Positions 50,412 to 61,200 of a DNA stretch of 64,000 nt are shown here, in pieces. The position numbers were made by a program, and so were the translations under genes. The notes below the pieces were generated by a model that ran no database searches, had not been told where the DNA came from, and was given only the letters and a program-made list of their open reading frames with translations. This DNA is from Cyanobacteriota bacterium (GTDB lineage: Bacteria > Cyanobacteriota > Cyanobacteriia > PCC-6307 > Cyanobiaceae): the NCBI GenBank assembly GCA_046047935.1, contig JBJOHA010000058.1, positions 16,601 through 80,600 on the forward strand. The letters run 5' to 3'. The stretch's first letter is position 1, and each line of letters opens with the position of its first letter.

Positions 50412-53400
50412 GGCCCCGTCTCTTGACCATCGAGGCCTTCGGCCCCTACGCCGATCCCGTGCGGATCCCCTTTGACGGGCTGAGCCAGGAAGGCGTCTAT
50501 CTCATTCATGGCCGCACCGGCGCCGGCAAGACCTTCCTCCTTGACGCCCTCTGCTTCGCCCTGTATGGCGAGGTGTCAGGCGACCGCAATCTGAAGGGTT
50601 TGCGCTCGGATCACGCCCCCCCCGGGGCTGTGCCGCGGGTGGGACTGGAGTTTTCCTGCGGCGAGGCCCTCTACCTGGTGGAGCGCTCCCCCGCCCACAG
50701 CGCTCCGCGCAGCCGGGGCGGAGGCACCACGGACAAGGCGGCGAATGCGGTTCTGTTTCGCCTCCGCGGCGGCGAGCGGCAGCCGATCGCCAGCCGCACC
50801 ACCGAGGTCACCCGGGAGGTGGAGGGCCTGATCGGACTGAACGCCAGCCAGTTTCGCCAGGTGATCCTGCTGCCGCAGGGTCGATTCGCCGAGGTGCTGC
50901 GCGCGAAGGCGGAAGAGCGGGAAACGCTCCTGCGCACCCTGTTCAACACCGGTGTGTTCGAGCGGGCGGCGTTCTGGTTGGAGGAGCGGGCCAAGGCGGC
51001 CCGGTTGCGGGCCCAGGCCACGAGCCAGGCTCAGGAGGTGTTGCGCCAGCAGGCGGAGCGGGAATGGAGTCCCTGGCGCGGACCGGAGGACCCCGCGGAG
51101 GTGCCGGCTGATCAGGCCGGCCTCGACCGTCTGCGGGAGCGCTTGGAGGTGGTGGTGGCGGAGGCCGACACCCGGTTGGCGGCGGCGAGCGACGCGTTGA
51201 CGGCGGCGGAGCGGGCGCGGCAGGCCACCCTCGCCCTGGCCGATCGCTGGCAACGGCGCTCGACGGCGCTGGCGCGCTTCCAGGAGTTGGAGGGCAAGGC
51301 GGAGGTGGTGGAGAGCTATCGCCAGCGGCTGCGGCGGGCGGGGCAGGCCGAGGGGCTGCGGCCGAGCCTGGAGGCGGAGGCGGCGGCCCGAGGGGCCTTG
51401 GCGGTGGAGGTGGAGCGCGTGAGCGGGCTCCTGCGCCAGGCGCGTCACGCCCGAGAGACGGCTCCTGCCCTGCCAGGGGCTGTCAGTGACCTGCCCCTGG
51501 ACGCCCTGCCCGCGTCGGAGGCGCTGAACGAGGCGAGCCAGGCCTTGGCGGCCCGGCGCGCGGAGGTGAAGGCCCTGGTGGGCTTGGCGGAGGAGGGCGC
51601 CAAGGCCCGGGCGAGGGAGCGGCAGGCCCGAGAGGAGGTGGAGCGCCTGGAGGCGGAGCGCCTGCGGGAGGGCGCCGCCATGGGCACCCGGGAACGGGAG
51701 CGTCAGGCCAACGCGGAGGCCGTGGTGGCCGCGCGCACGGCGCGGGACCAGCTCGATGGCCTGCGCCGCGCCGCCGAGGAGGCCCGACGGCAGGCGGACG
51801 CGGTGGCGGCCCTTCCCGCCCTGCGAGACAAGGCGTCAGCGGCCCATGCCGCCCGGAACCAGGCGGACGACCGCCGCAACCAGGCCAGCGCGGCCCTGCT
51901 CGCCCTGCGGCACGCCCAGCTCGATGGCATGACGAGCCGCTTGGCGGCCGGCCTCGTGGAGGGTGTCCCCTGCCCGGTCTGCGGCTCCAGCCAGCACCCT
52001 GCCCCCGCCAAGGGCGACACGGGGGCGCCCACCCCTGACGAGGCCACCCTCCAGGCGGCGGAAGCGGCCCTCGCCACCGCTGGCCGCGAGGCGCAACAAG
52101 CGGCCGCGACGCTGGCGGCGACGGAAGCGGAGCTGAAGGCGATGGTGGAGAAGGCGGGGGCTGCGGCAACGGAACCCGACGACGCCCGCGTCACGGCGGA
52201 GCAGGCCGTCGCGGCCCTGGAGCGGGCACGGATCGCCGCCGCCTCGGTGGACACCCTGGAAAAGGCGCTCGCGGCGCAGGATCAAGCGCTGCGGCACCTG
52301 GGGGAGAGACTGCGCCAGCTGGACACGGCGATCGCCGTCGGGCGAGAAGCGGGCCACGAGGCCGGGGAGAGGGCGCGGACGCTGGAGGTGGAGATCGGCC
52401 GGGCGTTGGGGGAGGGGGTCGATCCGCGCGCCGTTCTGGCGGGGTTCACCCCTGTGGAGCGCGCCCTGAGCGCCCTGACGGCGTGCTGGCAGAGCCACAA
52501 CCAGGCCCTCCATCGACAGGAGATCTGCGCGGCGCGGTTGCGGCAAGACCTGGCGGCCTCGGAGTTCACCAGCGTCGAGGCGGCGGCGGCGGCGATGGTG
52601 GAGGCCAGCGTGCGGGAGCGATGGGCGGAGCGCATCGCGGCCTATGAGCGGGAGCTGAACGAATGGCGCGGCGTCCTGGCGTCGGAGGATCTGGCCAACC
52701 TGCCGGAGACCTGTCCTGACGTGGCTGCGGCTGAAGCGGCCTGGAACGCCGCCGATGCGACGCGCTTGGGAGCCCTGGAGCGCCTCAGCCAGGCGCGCGG
52801 CAGCCTGGCCGACCTCGCCCGGCTCAGCGCGGAACATCGTCAGGGCGCCGGGCTCCTCGCCCGGCAACGGGAGGAGGCTCAACAGCTGACCGGCGTGGCC
52901 GAGCGCTGCCTGGGCAAATCGCCGCCCTACATCTCTCTCCAGCGTTGGGTGCTCGCCGCCTATCTGGAGGAGATCTGCGGTCACGCGAACCTGCGGCTCG
53001 ACCTGATGACCTCCGGTCGCTATCAACTGCGGCTGAGCGAGGAGGGTGGGCGCGGCGGTCGACACGCGGGCCTGGGATTGAAGGTGCTCGATGCGTTCAC
53101 CGGAGAGGAGCGGGAGGTGAACAGCCTCTCGGGTGGAGAGACGTTCCAGGCCTCCTTGGCCCTGGCCCTGGGGGTGGCCGACACGGTGGAGGCCCGCTCC
53201 GGCGGGGTGCACCTGGAGGCGCTGTTCATCGATGAGGGCTTCGGCACTCTGGATCCCGACAACCTGCAGCTGGCGATGGATGAACTCGACCGACTGCGGG
53301 AGGGAGGACGGCTGGTCGGCATCATCAGCCACGTGGGTGCCCTCAAGGAGCGCATTCACAGCGGTATCGAGGTTCGCGCCACCGAGCGTGGGTCGACGGC

Positions 53401-53428
53401 GCACGTTGTGCGCACGGCCATGGAATGA
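50408..53428 (+). CDS. sbcC: SbcC SMC-like ATPase
   Basis: GRTGAGKT, LPQG Q-loop, CPVCG zinc hook, LSGGE, LFIDEGFG, IISH. Confidence 0.95.
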   Translation: MRPRLLTIEAFGPYADPVRIPFDGLSQEGVYLIHGRTGAGKTFLLDALCFALYGEVSGDRNLKGLRSDHAPPGAVPRVGLEFSCGEALYLVERSPAHSAPRSRGGGTTDKAANAVLFRLRGGERQPIASRTTEVTREVEGLIGLNASQFRQVILLPQGRFAEVLRAKAEERETLLRTLFNTGVFERAAFWLEERAKAARLRAQATSQAQEVLRQQAEREWSPWRGPEDPAEVPADQAGLDRLRERLEVVVAEADTRLAAASDALTAAERARQATLALADRWQRRSTALARFQELEGKAEVVESYRQRLRRAGQAEGLRPSLEAEAAARGALAVEVERVSGLLRQARHARETAPALPGAVSDLPLDALPASEALNEASQALAARRAEVKALVGLAEEGAKARARERQAREEVERLEAERLREGAAMGTRERERQANAEAVVAARTARDQLDGLRRAAEEARRQADAVAALPALRDKASAAHAARNQADDRRNQASAALLALRHAQLDGMTSRLAAGLVEGVPCPVCGSSQHPAPAKGDTGAPTPDEATLQAAEAALATAGREAQQAAATLAATEAELKAMVEKAGAAATEPDDARVTAEQAVAALERARIAAASVDTLEKALAAQDQALRHLGERLRQLDTAIAVGREAGHEAGERARTLEVEIGRALGEGVDPRAVLAGFTPVERALSALTACWQSHNQALHRQEICAARLRQDLAASEFTSVEAAAAAMVEASVRERWAERIAAYERELNEWRGVLASEDLANLPETCPDVAAAEAAWNAADATRLGALERLSQARGSLADLARLSAEHRQGAGLLARQREEAQQLTGVAERCLGKSPPYISLQRWVLAAYLEEICGHANLRLDLMTSGRYQLRLSEEGGRGGRHAGLGLKVLDAFTGEEREVNSLSGGETFQASLALALGVADTVEARSGGVHLEALFIDEGFGTLDPDNLQLAMDELDRLREGGRLVGIISHVGALKERIHSGIEVRATERGSTAHVVRTAME

Positions 53429-53445
53429 GCCACGGTGAGCCGCCT

Positions 53446-53505
53446 CGGCGGGAACGGCGACGGCGGGAACGGCGACGGCAGGAACGACGACGGCAGGAAC
53501 GACGA
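53446..53505. repeat. Four tandem 15-bp units (CGGCRGGAACGRCGA)
   Basis: Units at 53446, 53461, 53476, 53491, just after the sbcC stop. Confidence 0.85.
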
Positions 53506-53817
53506 CGAAGAGCGCGGTCAAGAGTCCGCGACGGGGTTCGGGGCCAGCGCCATGATGCGGGCACTCTCGCTGTCCTCCGAACAACAGCTGTCGGCGTCAT
53601 CCGCCTCGAATAGAGCATGGGCGGCCTCAATCCTGTCGAATGTTCCTCCGGCGGAATGTTCCCCCGGCGGAATGTTTGTTCTGCATGGCCAGCGTGAGCA
53701 TGGCCAGCGTGACCACCATCAGCCTTCGTGATCATGTAGCGCGTTGTCGCCAGGGTGTTGGCAAGACCATGGCATGGAACAATGCGGGCCCAGGCCGCAT
53801 TTGCCGAGTGGAGAGCT

Positions 53818-54045
53818 TCAGGCCTCAAGAGCCTGTTTGAGGTGGAGGTAAAGATGTTCAGGATTCTTATACCGATGCGGCAAGACATGATGGAGTGCCA
53901 GCAAGCGATGCCAGCAGACACTGCGTTTGATGTTGGCGATGGTTTTCCCCTCGCGAATCAAGATTCGCATCGACTTGCAATACAACGCATGGCTGGTCTC
54001 CAACTCAGCCATCGTGAGCGTGGTTGTGAAGGTTGCCTGATCCAT
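53818..54045 (-). CDS. DUF3136-like protein
   Basis: LT.AELE...LYCK..R.L..EG...I.R.VCW..L..L...LP.RYK.P pattern. Confidence 0.8.
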   Translation of the reverse strand: MDQATFTTTLTMAELETSHALYCKSMRILIREGKTIANIKRSVCWHRLLALHHVLPHRYKNPEHLYLHLKQALEA

Positions 54046-54121
54046 GACAGAGTCGCGACGGGCGTCTGGCTGAAAGGGTCAGGCAACTCCCGTCTTGGCG
54101 CAATCCCCATTTGGGGACAGC

Positions 54122-54340
54122 TCAGTCGTCATAGACCAGGCAGTTCATGTTGGATGGATTCAGATCGCAGAACACCTCCAGAGGCGAAGGGGCCTCCGTC
54201 TCTTCAGGATGGCGCTGCTGATACTGCTCCAACTCCTGGATGCGCTGTTCCAGTTTGCGAGCAATGGCTTGATCTCCCTTGGCCTGGGCGTCTTGAAGCT
54301 CAGAGCGGTAGGTCTGAAGCTGGTCTTGGATGCTGGACAT
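54122..54340 (-). CDS. cp12: CP12 protein, picocyanobacterial type lacking the N-terminal Cys pair
   Basis: C-terminal PSPLEVFCDLNPSNMNCLVYDD; start ATG 54340. Confidence 0.88.
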   Translation of the reverse strand: MSSIQDQLQTYRSELQDAQAKGDQAIARKLEQRIQELEQYQQRHPEETEAPSPLEVFCDLNPSNMNCLVYDD

Positions 54341-54514
54341 GATCGAAAGAGCAACAGTGCACAAGTCAGGCCGAATTTAACCCTGAGACTGATCCAACCA
54401 GCTCAAGGTCTGGCACACAGAAAACAGGCGTTGTGTCGTTCGAACCTGCCATGACGAATGGCGCTCTCTGGCTCGTTATGTTGGGCGGGCTCTTGACGTG
54501 TTCAGGCAACTTTC

Positions 54515-54904
54515 ATGGCGGATGCTCCCTATCTCGTGGCGTTGGCGTTTTTAGACATCGGGGGCAAGCGAGCGATGCCGCTGGCCGGCCGATCGCTCTC
54601 CGCGGCGGCCGCAGAGGCCGCCGATCCGGGCGAGGCGGGCCGCACCCTGGCCCTGGAACTCTTGCTTCGTCTTTGGCAACGCACGGATGAAGGGCCCATC
54701 CAACGGGCCATGGGCAACAACAGCCTGCTGCTGGTTGAACTGCCGTTGGAGGTCATGACGGAACAGCTTCCCCTGCTCAAAGCCAGCTGGATCGCCAATG
54801 GTGATCACGAGGACGTCCTGCGGAAGCTGCAGGAGCTGACACGTCGCGGCTGGAGGCTTCTGTTCAGCAAATACGAACCGATCAGCTATGAGCCATGGCC
54901 GTGA
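54515..54904 (+). CDS. Hypothetical protein
   Basis: 129-aa ORF MADAPYLVALA...ALELLLRLWQ with protein-like composition. Confidence 0.7.
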   Translation: MADAPYLVALAFLDIGGKRAMPLAGRSLSAAAAEAADPGEAGRTLALELLLRLWQRTDEGPIQRAMGNNSLLLVELPLEVMTEQLPLLKASWIANGDHEDVLRKLQELTRRGWRLLFSKYEPISYEPWP

Positions 54905-55192
54905 TCAGCCCCTGTCTGGGGCGGCCCTGGCTGCGCCCCTGTTGGCTCTGACGCTTCCTGGACAGGTTGCGATTGAATGCGCTGCACCCGCTCGCCCACG
55001 CCCCATGCATAGGGTGTAAAAACTGAGCGGAGCAGAGCGATGACACCCAAGCACCTTCCATGGACAGAAGCCGGTTGCAGGCCGCGCCCGGGGCCAACAC
55101 CGACAACCGCCAACGCGGGAGGGTTTCCCCTCCACAGGCTGCCCAACATTTGTTGCTCCTCAGGCACCTGCAGCGAAGTGGAGTACTGGCCC

Positions 55193-55453
55193 ATGAACCA
55201 TCCCCAGGAGGGCTGGTTGCAATTGGATCAAGCGGATCGTGCTGTCCGGCCAGTGGATCTCTTCGCCTTCAGCAGCCAGGGCGTCGGCGTCATCCTCAGG
55301 GCTGACGTTCCTCTTGAACAGGGAGCTCGTGGTCTGTTGATGACGCCGGCCCATGGAGCGGGGCTTGGCCAACGCCTTGTGCGGGTGTGTTGGCATCGCC
55401 CGCATCCAAGCGATCCGGAACGCCAATGTGCTGGATTGCGCTTTGCTTCGTAG
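55193..55453 (+). CDS. Small PilZ-like beta-barrel protein
   Basis: FSSQGVGV, VRVCW, AGLRF resemble a PilZ barrel; start ATG 55193. Confidence 0.45.
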   Translation: MNHPQEGWLQLDQADRAVRPVDLFAFSSQGVGVILRADVPLEQGARGLLMTPAHGAGLGQRLVRVCWHRPHPSDPERQCAGLRFAS

Positions 55454-55537
55454 GAGCAGGCCTCTGTCTCGCGTCCAGTCCCTGGGCCGGCCAACTTCAT
55501 TGGCGCGGAACAGCCCACAGATTTTCGGGACTTCATT

Positions 55538-56335
55538 CTAGGCGCCAATGCTCAGAGGCAGGAAGAGCCCTTGATCGACCAACAGGGCATACTGCTTGTG
55601 GATCTCACGCACTCTTTGAGCAGATGTTGTAAGCCAGCCGGCCTCATAGTTATGTCGCTGGGCGGTCTCACTAAAGTTGGCGCTTGTCACCAGGGCCTTG
55701 GCTTCCGGCGTTTCCGCATCAGCAATCACTACCTTGGCATGTTGGTAGCAGCGCTCGCTTGATCCATTCATCAGGCGGCTGTCGACATAGGCATGGGGCT
55801 TGGCTGGCCAGGGCCAGACGTCCTGGTTGAACCATGATGAGATTGTCGCCAGCGGATCAGCGCCCAGGCGATCCTCAATCTGCTTGGGGTGAAAGAACAG
55901 GTCGACCCGGTTCAGCTGAGCGTGGGCCAGGCGATCAGCAATGGAGGCAAACAAGTCGCGAAACTCGCTGCTGAGCCCGATGTTGTAAGTGGCGATCAAC
56001 AGGCTGCAGCGCGCTTCGCTGATCAGTTGATCCACCGTGGCAAACGTGTCGGCGGTTTTGGCATGAAGAGGATCCGGGCCAGACCAGACAAAGCTCCAGG
56101 CGTTGCGTTCCTTTTGGAGAGCGTCTTGGGCATCGGCGAGGCGATCCAGCAGCAACGCCATCAAGCGGGGGTGGGCCTCCTCTCGCACCATCTCCACCAG
56201 CAGAGGTTCCAGTTGCAGGCGGATCGCTTCGCTGTGAGTGGAGAGCAAACCCTGCCAGCTGGTGGGCGTGTAGTTCAGACGCCGGAGATCGGCAGCAACA
56301 GCCCGCAATGTCTGAGCTGGCAGCGTGAGGCTCAT
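55538..56335 (-). CDS. drmC: DISARM phospholipase D-like nuclease
   Basis: Single HKD (HAKVVIAD), TSANFS; ATGA overlap with drmB. Confidence 0.88.
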   Translation of the reverse strand: MSLTLPAQTLRAVAADLRRLNYTPTSWQGLLSTHSEAIRLQLEPLLVEMVREEAHPRLMALLLDRLADAQDALQKERNAWSFVWSGPDPLHAKTADTFATVDQLISEARCSLLIATYNIGLSSEFRDLFASIADRLAHAQLNRVDLFFHPKQIEDRLGADPLATISSWFNQDVWPWPAKPHAYVDSRLMNGSSERCYQHAKVVIADAETPEAKALVTSANFSETAQRHNYEAGWLTTSAQRVREIHKQYALLVDQGLFLPLSIGA

Positions 56336-58230
56336 GCCTTGATGAACTCCCAGAAGGATGGATCGCCAATTTCCGGGCTTGCCGAAACGGTGGGGCTCAC
56401 CAGTGCTCGATCCAGGAACTCATTGCGCATTTCGCAGGAGGTTTCGGCAATGAGCTCGCAGCCATGGCAAGCGGCGCCATGGGTCGGGCGGATGTCGAAG
56501 GGGTGGTTGGGGTCGTGTTCAGAGCAGAAGGGATCATTGCTGCAGAGTTGACCGCGCTCAAATGCTTTCTCCAGGTAAGAGACGATCCGCTTCCCGGCAC
56601 CGACAAGGCCACCCAAGGTGCCCTCTGACCCGGAGCTGCTGGTGAACAGCAGGATGCCGTAGCCAATTTCACTGTTGGCGTAAATCCTCTCGCGGATGGA
56701 GCTGGCTCCATAGCCGCACTCCAGGGCCATTTCGGTGATCAGCAGATGGCTGAGGCTATGGAGCAGGAGGTAAGGAGCTCCAGGGAAGGGGAACTGGGCT
56801 TCGTCGAGGCCGCGGGACGCGAGCCATTCGTTCTCGAAGGCCTTGGTGAACTGGCTGGCGCGCATCACCACCGGATCACTGGCGGCCCAGGCCTTGATCG
56901 TGGCGGGATCGAATTCGATGATGATTCCTTCGCCTTTGTTCTCACTGGTCGGCACCCAGCGCAGATCGTTGGCCAGCGGTGCCCGGCGGTTCACCTTGGT
57001 GGTGTCGATCGGCAGGCCGCCCAGGCTGCTGGTGCGAGCCGTGAAGCGGGTAAATCCCACCAGGGCCTGAACCTCCCGCAGGCGGTGGACCAGCAGCACG
57101 CGCTTGATGGCCTTGCGGAACCAGGCAGGTGCGTTGGGGGGCTGCCACACATCAGCCTCGAACAAGCTCCCCTCGGCTGAGCTGGAGACCCCATCCATCG
57201 GACCGATCAGCAGGGCCAACTCCTCATCCTTGGGTTGGGCGAGCTGACCGGCGGATCCGCCCCTCTGGGCCTCGATCGTCTGCCAGAGGAGGGCTGGATC
57301 CACCCCGGCGAAGGCGCTCTTGAGACGTGGGTTGAACCGGATGGCTGCGGACACATCGGCTTCCGCCTCAATCAAGGCAAGGTCATCCTTGAGTTCGGTG
57401 ACGCGCTTGGCGAGAGAGTTGGCTTCCTCCGGAAGCGAGATCACCGAGATCGTCTCGGTGAAGTAGGCGTTGGTGGCCGAACGCACCAGGAGACGGTTCT
57501 TGGTGGGCTTGCCATCGGTCTGGCACTTTTCGGGATCACGGGTGTTGCGGCCCAGCCAGGGCGTGTTCCCCTGACAGAGTCCCAGAGGACTCATCTCTGT
57601 GACCAGGGCATCGGCAAGCTTGCGGGTGGTCCCGCCTTCCGACTGCACATAGATCTGGGTGAAGTCGTTGCCGGTGCCAGCCTCGAGCAGATAAAGACGC
57701 TCGGTGTTCTTGCAACCGAACTGGCGGAAGCAGAAGTCGCGCCAGCGGATGTCGCTGAGGTGGCCGTGGGGGCAAGCCATCACGAAGCGAACAGGGACCA
57801 GCGGATAGTTGCCTTCGTCGTCTTGATAGGTGCGCCAGTTTGAGATGCAGCCGTCGTTGAAATGCACCAGCGGCCTGGCCCGGCAAGGGATCCCGAAAGC
57901 CAACCGCTCGCTCACCTTCTGAGCCACCGACCACTCCGGGAAGCGCAGCGCCTTGATCGAACCGCTGATGGCCTTGAGCGGATCCACCTCCTTGGGCGGA
58001 GTGCGCAGGTCAACGCGCGCCACCCCGGTGGCCTGCCGCACCAGGTTGAGCAGCCGCGGTTCATGGATCAGATCGCAGCCACGATCATTCCAGAAATCCA
58101 GCCCCCCGATCAACAGCGCGTAGTCGGGCAGATCAACCATCGCCCCGGGACCGTAGAGCTGCAGCACCTGGCTCTGACGGGCCTCGCCGAGGAGAGGGGG
58201 AGCAGCTTTGCGGCGGTTGGAAGGGGGCAT
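56332..58230 (-). CDS. drmB: DISARM DUF1998 protein
   Basis: SQ...YGPGAMVDLP, LLLHSLSHLL, GTLGGL, CSNDPFC, ACHGC, SCE. Confidence 0.9.
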   Translation of the reverse strand: MPPSNRRKAAPPLLGEARQSQVLQLYGPGAMVDLPDYALLIGGLDFWNDRGCDLIHEPRLLNLVRQATGVARVDLRTPPKEVDPLKAISGSIKALRFPEWSVAQKVSERLAFGIPCRARPLVHFNDGCISNWRTYQDDEGNYPLVPVRFVMACPHGHLSDIRWRDFCFRQFGCKNTERLYLLEAGTGNDFTQIYVQSEGGTTRKLADALVTEMSPLGLCQGNTPWLGRNTRDPEKCQTDGKPTKNRLLVRSATNAYFTETISVISLPEEANSLAKRVTELKDDLALIEAEADVSAAIRFNPRLKSAFAGVDPALLWQTIEAQRGGSAGQLAQPKDEELALLIGPMDGVSSSAEGSLFEADVWQPPNAPAWFRKAIKRVLLVHRLREVQALVGFTRFTARTSSLGGLPIDTTKVNRRAPLANDLRWVPTSENKGEGIIIEFDPATIKAWAASDPVVMRASQFTKAFENEWLASRGLDEAQFPFPGAPYLLLHSLSHLLITEMALECGYGASSIRERIYANSEIGYGILLFTSSSGSEGTLGGLVGAGKRIVSYLEKAFERGQLCSNDPFCSEHDPNHPFDIRPTHGAACHGCELIAETSCEMRNEFLDRALVSPTVSASPEIGDPSFWEFIKA

Positions 58231-58250
58231 GGGGGTGATGGCTGGCGGGC

Positions 58251-61200
58251 TCAGTCGTCGGCGGTGATCTCTTCCCTGAAATTCACCATCCGGATCGGCG
58301 CGGAGGGTTCCACCTCGCGCAGGCTCCAGTTGGTGGTGAACTGCTTGTAGCCCTCGCCCTTGTAGGTGCTTTCCGTATCCAGAGCCGTGTGAAGCAACCC
58401 CAGGCCTGCACCCTTGTCCTCATGGGTCCAGTACTGGAGCTTCATGTTGTCCTCCTGGGTGAGCTTCCACCAGGCTTCGAGCAGATCGATCACGTGATCG
58501 CGCACGTCGTTGGGGAGGTGTTCGTCGAGGGTGTCATCAGCGGCTCCGGTGGCGATGCAGCGATCCTGAAGCGCTTTGGCGATCTGCGCCTTGATGCGCT
58601 GCAGGGCGTCTGCGGCCATGGCGCCCTTGGCCGGAGCCAGGGCTGGATCGCCGTGGCGAGCCATCGCCACCACCACCCCCGGCAGACCCCGATCAAGGGC
58701 CCGACTGGCGAAGGGGGTGCAACTGGTGGCCTCCACATGGCGGTAGAAGGTCTGGTGCCAGTAGGGGAAGAGCTCGAAATGGGAGCGATCCCTTGGACGG
58801 TTTGGATTGAGCAGCACCAGCACCAGCCCGGGTTTGTTCTGCTCAGGCTTGTCGCTGAGCTGTCGGCCCACACGGCTGGTGGCCTGGATGTATTCCGCGG
58901 CGGTCTTGGGCTGGTTGAGCACCACCATCAAGCCGAGGCGCGAGATGTCGAGGCCCACCGAAATCATGTTGGTGGCCAGCGTCACGTCGAGGTGGTCTTT
59001 GTCGATGTAGGGCTTGGACAGGCGGTCTTTGGTGCTGCTGATCTCGGCGGTGTTGACGCGAGAGGTGAGTTCCTGCGGTTCTTTGGGCCGCTTACGAGAG
59101 GCAAAAGGATTCTCGAAACCCTCCATGGGAAGGGATCGGTTTTTGGCGAATTGCTCCAGCTGGCCGCCGAGCTCGTCTTCCAGGATGCTGCGGGTCACGC
59201 CCAGCTCCTTGAGGTTGGAGAAATAGCCCAGCAGCGTCATGTAGGGGTCGGCCGGGTTGTTGGCGCCCATGGGCTTGTTGTCGTTCCAGGCCTTCTGAGC
59301 CGCAGCCATCAGGCCGAGGTAGGAGCGCAGCAGGACACCTTTCAGATTTCGGCCAGGGGCTGAGAGCCCCACGTAGAGACGAGCTTGGTCTGGATCAGGG
59401 ATCGTGCGGGAGAAGAAGTTGTCATCCCGTTCGGGACCCGGTGGCGGGAAGATCCGAACCTGACTGCGGGCGAACAAGGCCTTGATCTGAGCCTCTGCCC
59501 GGCGCACGGTTGCGGTGGAGGCGATGATCTTGGGAGGGGGTGAGGAGGAGTTTGGCCGCATCAGCCCCTCGATCACCGCTTCATAGAGGCCAGCGAGGGT
59601 GCCAAGGGGACCACTGATCAGGTGCAGTTCGTCCTGGATGACGAGTTCTGGTGGCAGCAGGCGGCCCTGGGGGATCTTGAGGCCACCGGAGGCCTTTTCC
59701 GCCGGCCCCCAGAAACCGGCAGCGCCACTCCCATGGGGCAGCTGATAGGTGCTGACGTTGCCGAAGAGCGCGGATGTTTGCCCGACCCAGGGCAGGGCCG
59801 CGAACTTGTCGACGGTGGCGATCAGGAAGCAGGGCAGGCGGCGGTAGATCTGTTCGTCCACCGCAAGCAGCGGCAAGGGCGTGCCCTTGTGGAAGGGGCA
59901 TGGCCCCATGGGAGCGAAGTCCTGCTTGGCCTCGGGAGAGCGTGGCTCGCGGCAGTAGATCTCGAGGCGATCGGGATGGCGCGGGGGCAGCAGGTGAAAG
60001 CCATCCGGCTGGAGGGGGCGGTTGCACCAGGGGCAGGTTTCGATCGGGATGGGCCGATCGCGCTTGCCTGCTTTCCATTTGGTGAGCACCGCATGGGTGG
60101 ACTGCTGATCGCTGTCGCCCGGCCCGCCGAGCTTGTTGGGGGTGGCGGCCTTCCCGACCCACATGCCGATCTCGAAGGGCCATTCACCCAGCAGGTAGGG
60201 GGCGCTCGTTTCGATGCGCTCCAGGCGCTCGAGCTCGAGGGCACAGATCAAGGTTGCGGCGCGGCCGAGCTGATCGAGGGTGAGCAGCCGCAGGGTGTAG
60301 CGCATCAGGACGGTGATGCCAGCTGACTCGATCCCCGGGCTCAACAAGCGGCGGTGCACCAGCGTGAAGGCGGCCAGGCCGAGGTAGGCCTCCGTTTTGC
60401 CGCCACCAGTGGGGAAGAACAGCAGCTCCACTGTTTCACGATCCAGCCGGCCTTCGGGTGTCTCTGGGGTCGCCAGGCCCGGCAGATTCATCAGCACAAA
60501 GGCCAGCTGAAAGAAGCGCCATTTGGGGATGCGAGTGTTGGGAGCCATGCCGATCTGATCGGGCGGCACCTTCGCAGTGAAGGCGCTGCGCTGACGCTGG
60601 GCCCTTGCCATCACCACGTTCATGGTGCGGAAGGCCTCGCGCACAAGGGGATCAGCCAGCAGCTTGATGCCGTTCTCAATGCGCTTGGCGCAGGCTTCCG
60701 CCTGGGCCCGGAGCTGCTTGGCGGTTTCGTTTTGATCGTTGTCGCTGATGGGGTGTTTGGGTTGCTGGATGATCCAAGCCCGGTAGGCCGTCACCATTGG
60801 CATCAACTCCTGGCCGATGCGTTCGCTGCGGGCCAGATCCGCCAAGGCCTCCATCCCCATGGGCACGTTGGTGCCGGGGGGTGGTTCGGGAAGGGTGCGA
60901 AACACCCGGGCGGTGGGGAGCCAGGTGGTCGTGAGCGTGTGGCAGCGGGCGGGGTTGTCGTCTTGGATGCCTGAGGCGATCACGGCGACGTTGTGGCCGG
61001 TGGCGAAGCAGTAGTCGCGCCGGTATTGAAGAGCGGCGAGGCGTTCATCGGGATCTTTGGCGACCTGCTGCAGCGCATCGCGACGGGGAGGGAAGCCCCG
61101 GGCGCAGTGGAGGCTCAGCTCCACTTGGAAGGCGGAAACCGGATCGCGATAACGGATCTGATTGGTTTTGGGCGGTTCCCGCTTGTTGAGCAGAAAGAGC

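Noticed and set aside
53435-53731. 98-aa ORF after sbcC
   Set aside because: Built largely from tandem repeats; no recognisable domain.
54886-55194. 102-aa minus-strand ORF
   Set aside because: No recognisable features; probably the promoter region of the PilZ-like gene.
55454-55537. att site or tRNA at the left edge of the DISARM island
   Set aside because: No tRNA or direct repeat recognised, and no integrase in the window.
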